A stretch of 64,000 bases of DNA from the NCBI GenBank assembly GCA_035934535.1, contig DASYXS010000020.1:357-64356 (forward strand). Direction: 5' to 3'. The DNA is from a bacterium. Its GTDB lineage: Bacteria > Sysuimicrobiota > Sysuimicrobiia > Sysuimicrobiales > Segetimicrobiaceae. Positions 27,105-37,028 of this stretch are shown piece after piece (position 1 is the stretch's first letter; the number at the start of each line of letters is the position of its first letter). Made by a program: the position numbers and the translations under genes. The notes beneath the pieces are model-generated. The model was not told the DNA's origin, made no database searches, and saw nothing but the letters and a program-made list of their open reading frames with translations.

Positions 27105-28070
27105 CTACCGGCTGAAGTCGACCGCGGTGGTGTTGCCGCCGCTCACAAGGACGCCGACGCGTTCGTCGGGCTCGGGCCGGTACCGGCCTGAGAGCAGCGC
27201 CGCCAGCGCCGCGGCTCCCCCCGGCTCGGCCGCCACGCGCACAGCCTTCCACAGCGCGACCTGCGCGTGGCCGATCGCCTCGTCGGTGACCAGCACGACC
27301 CGGCTGACGTAGCGCTGCGCAATCGGGAACATCAGCTCACCGACGCGGCGCGGCGCGAGCGAGTCCGCCGCGATGCCCCCGGTCTCGGCGTCCACGGGGC
27401 GGCCGGCGGCCAGCGCCCGGTACAGCGTCGGCGAGGCCTCCGGCTCGACCCCGACGATGTTGATACCCCCCGCGTACCACGCCGCGATGCCCCCGATCAA
27501 TCCGCCTCCTCCGACGGCGATCAGCAGCGTGTCGAGCGCCGCACCCTGCTCTTCCAACTCGAAACCGATCGTCCCCTGACCCAGCAGCGTCTCCACCTGG
27601 TCGAAGGCATGGATCGATAGGGCCCCGCTCCGGCCGATCCACGTTTCGCTGGCCGCGAGGGCATCCGCATACCGGTCACCGCCCACGACGAGATCGGCGC
27701 CGTACTCGCGGATGCGGTCGATTTTCGCCTGCGAGGAGATCGCCGGAACGAAGATCTTCGCCGGGATCCCGGCCTTCATCGCGGCGTAGGCCACCGCGGC
27801 GCCGTGATTGCCGCCGGACGCCGCGGCGACCCCGGCCCGCGGAACCTCCCGGCCCAGCACGTTGGCAAACGCGCCGCGCGCCTTGAAGGAGCCGGAGTGT
27901 TGAAACAACTCCAGCTTGAGAGTGATCCGGACGGGATCGAGGCCGAAGTCGGCGCCGCTCACGTCCATGATGGGGGTGCGCCGGATGTGGGACTGGATCA
28001 GCGCGTAGGTCTCCGCGATCCGTGCCTGGGTGACATCGCCGTGGGGTGTCTCCGCCATGCCGCTTGACAT
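27105..28070 (-). CDS. PLP-dependent threonine/serine dehydratase family
   Basis: 321 aa. PLP-lysine block LELFQHSGSFKARGA and glycine loop AASGGNHGAAVAYAA. Confidence 0.9.
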   Translation of the reverse strand: MSSGMAETPHGDVTQARIAETYALIQSHIRRTPIMDVSGADFGLDPVRITLKLELFQHSGSFKARGAFANVLGREVPRAGVAAASGGNHGAAVAYAAMKAGIPAKIFVPAISSQAKIDRIREYGADLVVGGDRYADALAASETWIGRSGALSIHAFDQVETLLGQGTIGFELEEQGAALDTLLIAVGGGGLIGGIAAWYAGGINIVGVEPEASPTLYRALAAGRPVDAETGGIAADSLAPRRVGELMFPIAQRYVSRVVLVTDEAIGHAQVALWKAVRVAAEPGGAAALAALLSGRYRPEPDERVGVLVSGGNTTAVDFSR

Positions 28071-28115
28071 GTTATTAAAAAGTTCACACAGTTACAAAGC
28101 ATCGAATGTCGAGGG

Positions 28116-29819
28116 ATGGACCGCGTGAGCACGACGCTCGGGGACGCATGGTTTCTGGAACTCACCCAGGTGCTCGACGAGATCCGCGGGACCGCGGCGA
28201 CTTCCACGAAGGTCGCCCGGCTTGCCGGGTACCTCGCGACCCTCTCCGACGGCGACCTGCGGCGCGCGTGCACGTTTCTCGCCGGCCGCCCCTTTCCACC
28301 GGGGGACGGCCGCCGTCTCGGTGCCGGGTGGGCCGCGATCGCGCAGGTCCTCCGGGACCTCACCCGGGCGCCCGAGGCGGAGATGCGCGCGGCGTACCGC
28401 GCCCACGGCGACCTCGGCGATGCCGCGGCGACCCTCCTCGCGCGCTATCCTCCCGCGGCCGGGTTGTTTGTGCACCGGCTCACGCTCGCCGCTGTGGAGC
28501 GGGACTTCGCCGCGATCGCTTCCGCCCAGGGCCAGGCGTCGCGCCGCGCCAAGTCGGCGGCGCTGGCCGAGCTGCTCGGCAACGCGTCACCTCGCGAAGC
28601 GGCATATCTCATCAAGATCATGACGTCCGATATGCGGATCGGCCTGCGGGAAGGTCTCCTCCTGCCCGCGATCGCGGCGGCCTTCGGACGCGATGCCGGA
28701 GCCGTGCGGCAGGCGGCGCTCCTGATCGCCGAGCCCGGTGAGGTCGCGGTCCGCGCGCGCGCCGGGACGCTGGACCACGTGACGCTGGTGCCGGGCCGGC
28801 CGTTTCGTTTCATGCTGGCCAGCCCGCTCGAGTCTCCCGAGGAGGCGTTCGACGAACCGGCACGCGCCTTGTGGGTCGAGGACAAGTACGACGGCGTCCG
28901 GGTGCAGGTGCACCGCACGGCCGCCGGCGTGGTGATCCTCTCCCGCACACTCGACAACGTGACGCGGGCGTTTCCCGAACTGCCGCCGGCCATCGCCTCA
29001 CGCGGAGGCACCTATATCCTCGACGGCGAGATCGTCGCCTGGCGGGGTGCCCGGGCGCTGGCCTTCGGGCGGCTGCAGCAGCGGCTGCAGCGCCGGAATC
29101 CCGGGGCGCTGCTCCACGAGATCCCGGTCGCGCTGGTCGCCTTCGACCTCGTGCATCTCGACGGGCGTGATCTGCTCCGCGCCCCGCTCACAGAGCGTCG
29201 CGCCGCCCTCGAAGCGCTCCGCCTCCCTCCGCCGGTGCGGCTCAGCACCGGGGGCGAGGCTGCGACACCCGGCGATCTCGCGAAACGTTTCGCCGAAGCC
29301 CGCGCCGCCGGCAACGAGGGCATCGTGATGAAGCGTCCGGACGCGCCCTACCAACCGGGCCGCCGCGGGCGGTTGTGGACCAAATGGAAGCCCGGCGTCG
29401 GCACCCTCGACGTGGTGGTGGTCGCGGCCGAATACGGCCACGGCAGGCGCGCCGGCGTGCTCTCCGACTACACGTTCGCGGTGCGGAGCGGCGCCCGGCT
29501 CGCCACGATCGGCAAGGCGTACTCGGGCCTCACGGACGCGGAGATCAAAGAGCTGACGGCGTGGTTCCTCGCGCACACGCGGCAGGATCTCGGCTTCATG
29601 CGCACGGTCGAGCCCGCGGTGGTGCTCGAGGTGGCCTTCGATGCGATCACGCGAAGCGACCGGCACGACTCCGGCTTCGCGCTGCGCTTTCCGCGCATCG
29701 TCCGGATTCGCGGGGATAAGCCGCCGGAGGACATCAACACGCTGGACGAGGTGCGGGACCTATTCGCGCGCCTCAGTGCGCGGCCCGACGCGCCGGTCCC
29801 AGAGCCGGACGCCGGCTAA
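28116..29819 (+). CDS. ATP-dependent DNA ligase with N-terminal DNA-binding domain (Lig1/LigB type)
   Basis: 567 aa. Motif I VEDKYDGVRVQVH, motif III ILDGEIVAW, motif IV AFDLVHLDG, motif V EGIVMKRP, and a C-terminal OB block LRFPRIVRIRGDK. Confidence 0.9.
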   Translation: MDRVSTTLGDAWFLELTQVLDEIRGTAATSTKVARLAGYLATLSDGDLRRACTFLAGRPFPPGDGRRLGAGWAAIAQVLRDLTRAPEAEMRAAYRAHGDLGDAAATLLARYPPAAGLFVHRLTLAAVERDFAAIASAQGQASRRAKSAALAELLGNASPREAAYLIKIMTSDMRIGLREGLLLPAIAAAFGRDAGAVRQAALLIAEPGEVAVRARAGTLDHVTLVPGRPFRFMLASPLESPEEAFDEPARALWVEDKYDGVRVQVHRTAAGVVILSRTLDNVTRAFPELPPAIASRGGTYILDGEIVAWRGARALAFGRLQQRLQRRNPGALLHEIPVALVAFDLVHLDGRDLLRAPLTERRAALEALRLPPPVRLSTGGEAATPGDLAKRFAEARAAGNEGIVMKRPDAPYQPGRRGRLWTKWKPGVGTLDVVVVAAEYGHGRRAGVLSDYTFAVRSGARLATIGKAYSGLTDAEIKELTAWFLAHTRQDLGFMRTVEPAVVLEVAFDAITRSDRHDSGFALRFPRIVRIRGDKPPEDINTLDEVRDLFARLSARPDAPVPEPDAG

Positions 29820-30685
29820 ACCTCCCGCGCAGTCGGGGGCGGGACCGCCGGCTGCCCGCCGCGCTCCAGGGCCTGCCGGATCGCGCCGCCCGTCGGCACG
29901 TACACCGCGCTGATCCGGTTCATGGGCAGACGCAGGAGCTCGCCCATCTGGATGATCGTGCGGAACGGCTTGCCGGTCGATGCCCACAGTGTGACGCGCT
30001 GCGCGGCGGGATCGTAGTTCACGACGGCGGCGTGGGGCTCCATGGAAAAATGCTCCATGCGCTGCGTCTGGAACCGGCCCTCCACCACGACGTGCGCGCG
30101 CGCCCGCGCAGCCGCAACGTCGCCCTTCCGGAGCCGGAAGTGGGTGGCGACGTTCCCCGGCTCCGCGACCCGGTGCCGCTTGAGCCACTCGGCGCCCGCG
30201 TAGCCGGCCTTTCCGGGATGGACGAGCGGGGCCGACGGCTCGCACGCCGCGTCGAGCGTGTGCGCGCCCGGCAGCTCCTCGTACGCGACCTCGATCAACT
30301 CGACGGCGCGGCGCGCCGTTTCGTCGTCGACGGCGGCTACCGCCGCGATCACGTCCGCGACCGTTCGCACCTCGTCGCGCGCGAAGATATCTCGCGCGGC
30401 GATGCTCATGCCCGTTGCCGGCATTGCCGGCGCGTCCGCGGCCGTGACCACGGCCTCCACCCCAGGCAAGCGGCGCGCGACCTCGGCGTCGATGCGGGTG
30501 ATCCGCGCCGGCGCCTGCTGTGCGTAGAGCAGCCGGCAGTACAGCATGCCCGGCACCGCCATGTCCGTGGCGTACCGGGCGGTTCCCAGCGCAAACGCGG
30601 AGGCATCGATCCGCGGACGGCGCGTGCCCACGGTCGCGTAGTTCGGGGTGATTGGAAACGGCTCGCGGAGCGACGGCAGGGGCAC
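29816..30685 (-). pseudogene. Truncated xanthine-dehydrogenase-family large subunit (N-terminal ~270 aa only)
   Basis: From GTG 30685: VGTRRPRIDASAFALGTARYATDM, RIDAEVARRLPGVEAVVTA and MEPHAAVVNYD are the N-terminal domains of this family. Homology stops at LPMNRISAVYVPTGG, where GGGFGGK is expected. The remainder is antisense to the ligase 3' flank. Confidence 0.7.
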
Positions 30686-30792
30686 GGCCTGAAAGTGTTC
30701 GTGGGAGAAATCGCCGATCCTTTCTGGTTTGAGGATCGTCTGCGTGTAAATGGCGGCGACGCTGCGCGCCGCGAATGACTCCGGGGCCCGCC

Positions 30793-31770
30793 TTAGTTCA
30801 GCCCGACATAGTGGCACGCGACGGAGTGCCCCTGCCCGATATCGCGGGCGGGCGGATCGATATCCCGGCACAGGGCGAACGCGTGCGGGCAGCGCTCGCG
30901 AAACGGACACCCGGTCGCGGGCAGCGAGGCGGAGAGGTCGGCGGCAAGATCGCGGCTCCGCGTCAGCCATCCCGGCTGCAGGCGTGATCTCGAATCCATG
31001 AGCGCCTGCGTGTAAGGATGGCGGGCCCCCTCGAGCGGCGTCCCGGGCGGCAGCACCTCAACGACGCGGCCGCCGAACATGACGGCGATCTTCGGTGCGA
31101 TGTATCTCACGACGTGCAGATCGTGGCTGATGAAGATCATGCTCAGCCCGAGCTGCCCCCGGAGATCCGCGAGCAGGTTGAGGATCTGGGCCTGGATCGA
31201 CACGTCAAGCGCGCTGACCGGTTCGTCGGCGATCAATACGTGGGGCTCGGCGGCCAGGGCCCGCGCGATACAGATTCGCTGCCGTTGACCCCCCGAGAAG
31301 TCGGACGGGTACCGCCCCGCGGCCCGGGCCGGCATCCCCACCTGGTCGAGCAACGTGGCGACGCGCTGTGCAATCCGGTGACGCGGGACCAGGCGATGGA
31401 CGCGCAGCACCTCGCTCAATGCCGAGCCGACCGTGAGCCGCGGATTGAGCGACGAGTAGGGATCCTGAAACACCACCTGGATGTGCCGGCGCGAGCGCCG
31501 GAGCGAGGTTCCGCCGAGTCGCGTCAGGTCGATCCCGTCGAGCAGCACACGGCCCGCATCCGGCCGCTCGAGCAGCGCGAGGCAGCGCGCAAACGTGGAC
31601 TTTCCCGATCCGCTCTCTCCGACGATGCCGATCGACTCTCCGCGCTCGAGGGAGAGCGACACGTCCGCGAGGGCGGGACGGACCGCATCGCCGGGCCCCC
31701 GGCGGCCGGGCACCGCCCATCCACGCCGGGATGCGTATGTTTTTGTCAACCCCTCCGCGGCGAGCAGCAT
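30793..31770 (-). CDS. Oligopeptide/dipeptide ABC transporter ATP-binding protein (DppF/OppF type)
   Basis: 325 aa. Walker A GESGSGKST, signature FSGGQRQRICIARAL, and a C-terminal Cys-rich oligopeptide-type extension (GCPFRERCPHAFALC). Confidence 0.9.
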   Translation of the reverse strand: MLLAAEGLTKTYASRRGWAVPGRRGPGDAVRPALADVSLSLERGESIGIVGESGSGKSTFARCLALLERPDAGRVLLDGIDLTRLGGTSLRRSRRHIQVVFQDPYSSLNPRLTVGSALSEVLRVHRLVPRHRIAQRVATLLDQVGMPARAAGRYPSDFSGGQRQRICIARALAAEPHVLIADEPVSALDVSIQAQILNLLADLRGQLGLSMIFISHDLHVVRYIAPKIAVMFGGRVVEVLPPGTPLEGARHPYTQALMDSRSRLQPGWLTRSRDLAADLSASLPATGCPFRERCPHAFALCRDIDPPARDIGQGHSVACHYVGLN

Positions 31771-32778
31771 CTATGGGCCCGAAGGGACCGCGGTCGCGGA
31801 CCCGCGGCGGATGCCGTCAACGCGATCGATCCGGACGCAGCGGGACAAGTGCCCGGTGGACGTCTGTGACAGCGGGATCGGCGCCGCGCCGCAGGCCTGG
31901 ACCGCGAGCGGACAGCGCGGGGCGAACGCGCACCCCTGAGGCAGATGCTCGGGGTCGGGCGGCGCGCCGGGAATCGCCCGCAGCCGCTCGCCGCTCACGG
32001 CCTCGGGCAGGCTGTTCAGCAGGCCGACGGTGTAGGGGTGCTCCGGCCGGTGGAGGACCGTGGGCGTCGGGCCGATCTCGACGAGCTCGCCGGCGTACAT
32101 CACGCCCACGCGGTCGCACAGCCCCGCGACGACCCGGAAGTCGTGGGAAACCAGGAGCAGACTCATCCCCTGCTCTCGCCGGAGGCCATCGAGCAGGCGC
32201 AGGATTTCAGCCTGGACGATGACGTCCAGGGCGGTTGTGGGTTCGTCGGCCAGCAGCAGCGTGGGCCGCGCCGCGAGCGCCATCGCGATGTGGATACGCT
32301 GGCGCATCCCGCCGCTGAACTCGTGCGGGTAGGCCGCGGCACGCCGCGCCGCGTCACGGATCCCGACGCGCTCCATCATCTCGAGCGCGCGCCGTCGCGC
32401 GGCCCGTGCGCCGAGCCGTTCGTGTGACGCAACCACCTGCGCGATCGCGTCCCCCACGCGCAGAACCGGGTTGAGGGCGGTCATCGGGTCCTGAAAGATC
32501 ATCGCGATCGTCGATCCCCGCAGCGCCTGCATCTCCGCGTCGTCGAGCTCCAGCAGCGAGCGGGCCCCGTAGGTGACGCGGCCGCCCCCCGTCGCCCCGC
32601 GCGGCAGCAGCCGCAGGATCGCTCGACACGTGAGACTCTTGCCGGAGCCGCTTTCACCGACCAGCCCGAATGCCTCGCCGGGGCCGATGTCGAACGACAC
32701 GCCCCGCACGACCGGGTGGCCGCCGCCCCGAAAGGCGACCGTGAGCGCCTCCACACGCAGCGCGTCGCTAGGGGGCAC
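31771..32778 (-). CDS. Oligopeptide/dipeptide ABC transporter ATP-binding protein (DppD/OppD type)
   Basis: 335 aa. Walker A GESGSGKSL, signature FSGGMRQRIHIAMAL, C-terminal GCAFAPRCPLAVQAC. Confidence 0.9.
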   Translation of the reverse strand: MPPSDALRVEALTVAFRGGGHPVVRGVSFDIGPGEAFGLVGESGSGKSLTCRAILRLLPRGATGGGRVTYGARSLLELDDAEMQALRGSTIAMIFQDPMTALNPVLRVGDAIAQVVASHERLGARAARRRALEMMERVGIRDAARRAAAYPHEFSGGMRQRIHIAMALAARPTLLLADEPTTALDVIVQAEILRLLDGLRREQGMSLLLVSHDFRVVAGLCDRVGVMYAGELVEIGPTPTVLHRPEHPYTVGLLNSLPEAVSGERLRAIPGAPPDPEHLPQGCAFAPRCPLAVQACGAAPIPLSQTSTGHLSRCVRIDRVDGIRRGSATAVPSGP

Positions 32779-33631
32779 GGACGCGGCGCACGATATCGGA
32801 GACGTTGTCGCCGATGAGGCTGACGAAGAAGCTCGTGACGATGATGGCCACCCCGGGGAAGATGACGACCCACGGCGCGGTGACGATGAAGTTCCGTCCC
32901 TCGGCGATCATCACGCCCCACTCCGGCGTCGGAGGCTGTACCCCGAGGCCGAAAAACCCGAGCGACGCCCCCGCCAGAATATCGAGCACGAAGTCGCTCA
33001 TGCCAAACACCAGCGCGGGGACGATCACGTTGGGCAGCAGATGGCGGAACATGATGCGCGCGTTGCTGTAGCCGAGGCTTCTGGCCGCCAGGATGTAGCC
33101 GCGTCCGCGAACGCTGAGCGACTCGCCGCGGACGATCCGCGCGTAGGCCACCCAGCTCACCAGCGAGATCGCGATGTAGAAGTTCCGCAACCCGGGGCCG
33201 AGCATCGCCACGATCGCGAGCACCAGGACGAGAAACGGGAACGCGGTGACGATATCGATGATGCGACCGAGGAGCGCATCCGGCCAGCCCGCGTAGTAGC
33301 CGGCAAACAACCCGATCACGACGCCCATGATGAGCGGAATGATCACGCCGATCGTCCCGATCTGCAGGTCGATCCGGCCGGCGTAGAGCACGCGCGTCAA
33401 AATATCGCGGCCCAGCTGGTCTGTGCCGAACCAATGCGCCGGGCTCGGCGGCGTGAGGCCGCTCGCGAGCCCCAGCGCGGTCGGATCGTACGGCGCGATC
33501 AGCGGAGCGAGCCCGGCGAGCGCCGCGACCGCAAGAATCCCGATGATGCCGATCCGGAGCGACCAGCCGAGGGCCGCGAACCGCCGGCGCCGCGCCGGCC
33601 GCGCGGGCGCGATCGCGGACACGGCGCTCAT
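32768..33631 (-). CDS. ABC transporter permease (DppC/OppC type)
   Basis: Track ORF 32768..34351 trimmed to ATG 33631 (4-nt overlap with the upstream permease stop). HWFGTDQLGRDILTRVLYAGR and ARSLGYSNARIMFRHLLPN blocks. Confidence 0.9.
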   Translation of the reverse strand: MSAVSAIAPARPARRRRFAALGWSLRIGIIGILAVAALAGLAPLIAPYDPTALGLASGLTPPSPAHWFGTDQLGRDILTRVLYAGRIDLQIGTIGVIIPLIMGVVIGLFAGYYAGWPDALLGRIIDIVTAFPFLVLVLAIVAMLGPGLRNFYIAISLVSWVAYARIVRGESLSVRGRGYILAARSLGYSNARIMFRHLLPNVIVPALVFGMSDFVLDILAGASLGFFGLGVQPPTPEWGVMIAEGRNFIVTAPWVVIFPGVAIIVTSFFVSLIGDNVSDIVRRVRAP

Positions 33632-34566
33632 CGCTGGAACGACACCCGCGGATCCAGGGCGGCGTACGCGAGGTCGGTGAGCAGGTTCACGAGGATCACC
33701 AGAAAGGCGAGCACGAGCGTCACGAACTGGACGATGGAATAGTCCCGCGTCAGGATGGACGTGATCAGCAGCGACCCGACGCCCGGGATGCCGAAGACCT
33801 GCTCGATGATGATCGTCCCCCCGATCAGCCAGCCGACGTTCAGGCCGAGCACCGAGATGAACGGGGTCAGCCCGTTGCGCAGCAGGTAGCTGATCAGCAG
33901 GGTGACCGGCCGCAGCCCCATGGCGAGCCCGGTCGTGATGTAATCGGAGTCCATCACTTCGATCAGGCTGCTTCGGAGCGCCCGCATCAGGATGGGAGAG
34001 ATGTGCAGCGCGATGGTCAGCGCGGGCAGCGTCAGATGCCACAGCGTGTCGAGCCCGCCCGTCCCGGCCCCCCCGAGCGCGAACAGCCGGACCCTGACGC
34101 TGAGCAGCAGAGCCAGCACAATCCCCAGCCAGAACGTCGGGATCCCGATCGTCGCGGTGAACCCGAGCCGGATCAGATGATCGACGGCGGACTCGCGCCG
34201 GACCGCGGCGAGCGTCGCGCAGGGCACCGCGATGGCGAGCCCGATCAGCGCCGCGTAGGCGATCAGCAGCAGGGTGATCGGGATCCGCTCGAGCGTCAGC
34301 GTGGTGGCGTTCTGTCCGTAAAAGAATGAGAGGCCGAAATCGCCGCGCCACGCGTTTGCGAGGAAGTGCAGGTACTGACGCCAGATCGGGAGGTTCAACC
34401 CGAGCTGGTTCTCGACGCGCGCGATGAGTTCAGGCGTCGCGCGCTCCCCCAGAATCGCGACCGCCGGGTTGCCCGGGATGAGGCGGATCAGCATGAATGC
34501 GACAATGCTGACGCCGAACAAGACGGGCAGGATCAGCGCCAGCCGTCCCGCGAGGTAGCGAATCAT
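33628..34566 (-). CDS. ABC transporter permease (DppB/OppB type)
   Basis: 312 aa. MIRYLAGRLALILPVLFGVSIVAF start and C-terminal YAALDPRVSFQR. Confidence 0.9.
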   Translation of the reverse strand: MIRYLAGRLALILPVLFGVSIVAFMLIRLIPGNPAVAILGERATPELIARVENQLGLNLPIWRQYLHFLANAWRGDFGLSFFYGQNATTLTLERIPITLLLIAYAALIGLAIAVPCATLAAVRRESAVDHLIRLGFTATIGIPTFWLGIVLALLLSVRVRLFALGGAGTGGLDTLWHLTLPALTIALHISPILMRALRSSLIEVMDSDYITTGLAMGLRPVTLLISYLLRNGLTPFISVLGLNVGWLIGGTIIIEQVFGIPGVGSLLITSILTRDYSIVQFVTLVLAFLVILVNLLTDLAYAALDPRVSFQR

Positions 34567-34632
34567 GCGGCCGCCGCGGCGTTCCGGCTCTCGGCCCCTA
34601 CGCGTCCGCCTCCCGGCCGGGCCGCGGCGCGA

Positions 34633-36171
34633 TCACCGCTTGCTCACGTCCTCGAAGCTGTACTTGCCCTGGGAGTTCGGCGCGAAGCCGACGAGGTTGG
34701 GGGAGCTCGCGTAGAGGCGCGGCACGTCCACGACGTAGATCTGCGGCGCGTCGCGGCTTTCGATCCGCTGCAGCATCGTGTACAGCGCCTGCCGTTTCTT
34801 CGGATCCAGTTCCCGGCGCGCCTGGGCCACGAGCCGCTGCGCCTCCGGGTTGTTGTAGAAGGTGTGCGCGGCGTGCTGCGACTTGAAGTCCATCGCCACG
34901 CCCAACAATTCGTCGGGATCCGGCGTGTCGTTCGTCCACGCCGCGTTGAAGACCGTGTAGTGCTCGGCGTTGCGCATCTGAATCAGTGTCGTGGTCTCGA
35001 GCCGGTCGATCTTCAGGGTCACGCCGATCTGCTTCAGCCCGTTCCCCCAGATCGTCGCCGTGTCGAGATACGTCTGGTTGCCCGCGGGGAGCTGGACCGT
35101 GAGGTTGAAGCCGTTCGGCACGGACGACTTGGCGAGCAATGCCTTCGCCTTCGCCAGGTCGTAGGTCAGGGGATCCGCGTTCGGGTCGTAGTAGAGGGTG
35201 GTCTCGGGGAGCAGGGACCTCGCCACGGCGGCCAGGCCGAAGAACACGTTCTTCGCGACGGCCTGCCGGTCGATCGCGTGTCCGAGCGCCGCGCGCACGT
35301 TCACTTCGTCGAGCGGTTTGATCGTCTCGTTCAGCGTGTACCGCAGCACCGCGGTCCCGTTCACCGCGTAGATCTTCAGACCCGACCCGCGCACCAGCTG
35401 CACCTGGTTCGGCGGGACGAAGTCGATGAGGTCGGCCTGGCCGGACTGCAGCTGCAGCACCCGGGTGTTGTCGTCGCCGACGACCCGCATGATGATCCGA
35501 TCGATCTTGGGCTTGCCGGGCTGCCAGTAATTCTGGTTCTTGACGAGCGTGATCTGGGAGCCCTTTTGCCAGCTCTCGAGGGTGAACGCGCCGGTACCGA
35601 GCGGGTGCTGGGCCATTTGTTCGCCGTACTTGTCGAACTGCGCCTTCGAGTAGATGCTCGCGGCGAACGTCGAGAGCGCCGCGAGGAGCGGCGCGAACGG
35701 CTCCGCCATGTGTATGGCGATCGTCTTGTCGTCGACCTTACTGACGGATTTCACGGGGGAAAAGAGAAAGCCCCAGTCGCTCTTTTGGTCGATCGACCGC
35801 GTGAGGGAAAACACGACGTCGTCGGCCGTGAGCGGTGACCCGTCGGAGAACTTCACGCCCTGGCGCAGCGTGAATGTCGCGGTCAGACCGTCGGGCGACA
35901 TCTTCCAGGATGTTGCGAGCTCGGGCTGTACGTCCTTGTTCGAAGGCGCGAGCTTCACGAGGCGATCATAGGCCACCATCTGGGTGAAGATCGAGGGATC
36001 GTCTCCCGTGTGGTAGGGGTCCCAGGTCAACATATCCGCGTTCCGCACCATGGTGAGCGTCACGGCCGCGGCCCCGGCGGACGGACGCGGCGACATCATG
36101 GCGGCCGGAACAACGAGCATCACTGCCGCGAAGCAGCTGACCACGCGCAACGCCGTCACGCGAATCCGCAT
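34633..36171 (-). CDS. ABC transporter substrate-binding protein, family 5
   Basis: Trimmed to ATG 36171, preceded by GGGAGGGGG. Signal-like MRIRVTALRVVSCFAAVMLVVPAAMM and family-5 blocks (GTGAFTLESWQKGS, ALGHAIDRQAV). Confidence 0.9.
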   Translation of the reverse strand: MRIRVTALRVVSCFAAVMLVVPAAMMSPRPSAGAAAVTLTMVRNADMLTWDPYHTGDDPSIFTQMVAYDRLVKLAPSNKDVQPELATSWKMSPDGLTATFTLRQGVKFSDGSPLTADDVVFSLTRSIDQKSDWGFLFSPVKSVSKVDDKTIAIHMAEPFAPLLAALSTFAASIYSKAQFDKYGEQMAQHPLGTGAFTLESWQKGSQITLVKNQNYWQPGKPKIDRIIMRVVGDDNTRVLQLQSGQADLIDFVPPNQVQLVRGSGLKIYAVNGTAVLRYTLNETIKPLDEVNVRAALGHAIDRQAVAKNVFFGLAAVARSLLPETTLYYDPNADPLTYDLAKAKALLAKSSVPNGFNLTVQLPAGNQTYLDTATIWGNGLKQIGVTLKIDRLETTTLIQMRNAEHYTVFNAAWTNDTPDPDELLGVAMDFKSQHAAHTFYNNPEAQRLVAQARRELDPKKRQALYTMLQRIESRDAPQIYVVDVPRLYASSPNLVGFAPNSQGKYSFEDVSKR

Positions 36172-36278
36172 CTGTGGCCGACCCCCTCCCGATTGGGCGC
36201 CCCGAAGCCCCGTCACCGCCTCGTAGCCCGTCCTGCCTAGTTAGGTCACCGTACGGCAAGTCCTGCTCGCCGGGACCG

Positions 36279-37016
36279 TCACCCGCGGCCGGCCGTCTCG
36301 TCGGAGGGCACCTCGATGCCGAGGTATGCCGCGCGCACCTGTTGGTTGTTCGTGAGCTCGGCGCTCGTGCCGTGCATGACCACCCGCCCGCTCTCGAGCA
36401 CGTAGGCGCGCCGCACCAGGGCCAGGGCGCGGGCCACGTTCTGCTCGACCAGGAGAATCGCCATCCCCATCGCGTGGATCTCCTCGATCTTGTCGAAAGT
36501 GGCATCGGCCACCACGGGAGCGAGTCCCAACGACGGCTCGTCCAGCATCAAGAGGCGCGGTTTCAACATCAGCCCGCGGCCCACGGCGAGCATCTGCTGT
36601 TCCCCTCCGCTCAGCGTTCCGGCGAGCTGCCCGCGGCGTTCGGCCAGCACAGGGAAGATGCCGAAGACCACGTCCATCGTGCGCCGCCGCTCGGCCTTGG
36701 CGCGGGGAATGTAGGCGCCCATCTCCAGATTTTCTTTCACCGTCATCTCGGGGAACACTTGGCGGCCCTCGGGCACGTGCGCGATCCCAAGTTCCGCGAT
36801 CTTGTACGGCGGCAGGGCGGCGAGGTTGACACCGCCGAAGGTCATGGTCCCCGACTGCAGTCGCATGAGCCCCGAAATGGCGCGCAGCGTCGTACTCTTC
36901 CCCGCGCCGTTGGCGCCCAGGAGCGCCACGGCTTCGCCGTCGCCCACCGACAGGCCGACGCCGGCGAGGGCCTTCACGGATCCGTAACCGGCGGTCACGC
37001 CGGTGAGGGTCAGCAC
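36279..37016 (-). CDS. livF: Branched-chain amino acid ABC transporter ATP-binding protein (LivF type)
   Basis: 245 aa. Walker A GANGAGKST, signature LSGGEQQMLAVGRGL, and gene order within a Liv-type operon. Confidence 0.85.
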   Translation of the reverse strand: MLTLTGVTAGYGSVKALAGVGLSVGDGEAVALLGANGAGKSTTLRAISGLMRLQSGTMTFGGVNLAALPPYKIAELGIAHVPEGRQVFPEMTVKENLEMGAYIPRAKAERRRTMDVVFGIFPVLAERRGQLAGTLSGGEQQMLAVGRGLMLKPRLLMLDEPSLGLAPVVADATFDKIEEIHAMGMAILLVEQNVARALALVRRAYVLESGRVVMHGTSAELTNNQQVRAAYLGIEVPSDETAGRG

Positions 37017-37028
37017 CGGCGCTCCTCG

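Noticed and set aside
28116-29819. The ATP-dependent ligase as part of an NHEJ (Ku-LigD) module or a phage/plasmid cargo.
   Set aside because: No Ku gene, polymerase/primase or phosphoesterase domain, and no phage or plasmid genes, are nearby. The protein has the Lig1/LigB three-domain layout only. What is unusual is the truncated neighbour, which I reported separately.
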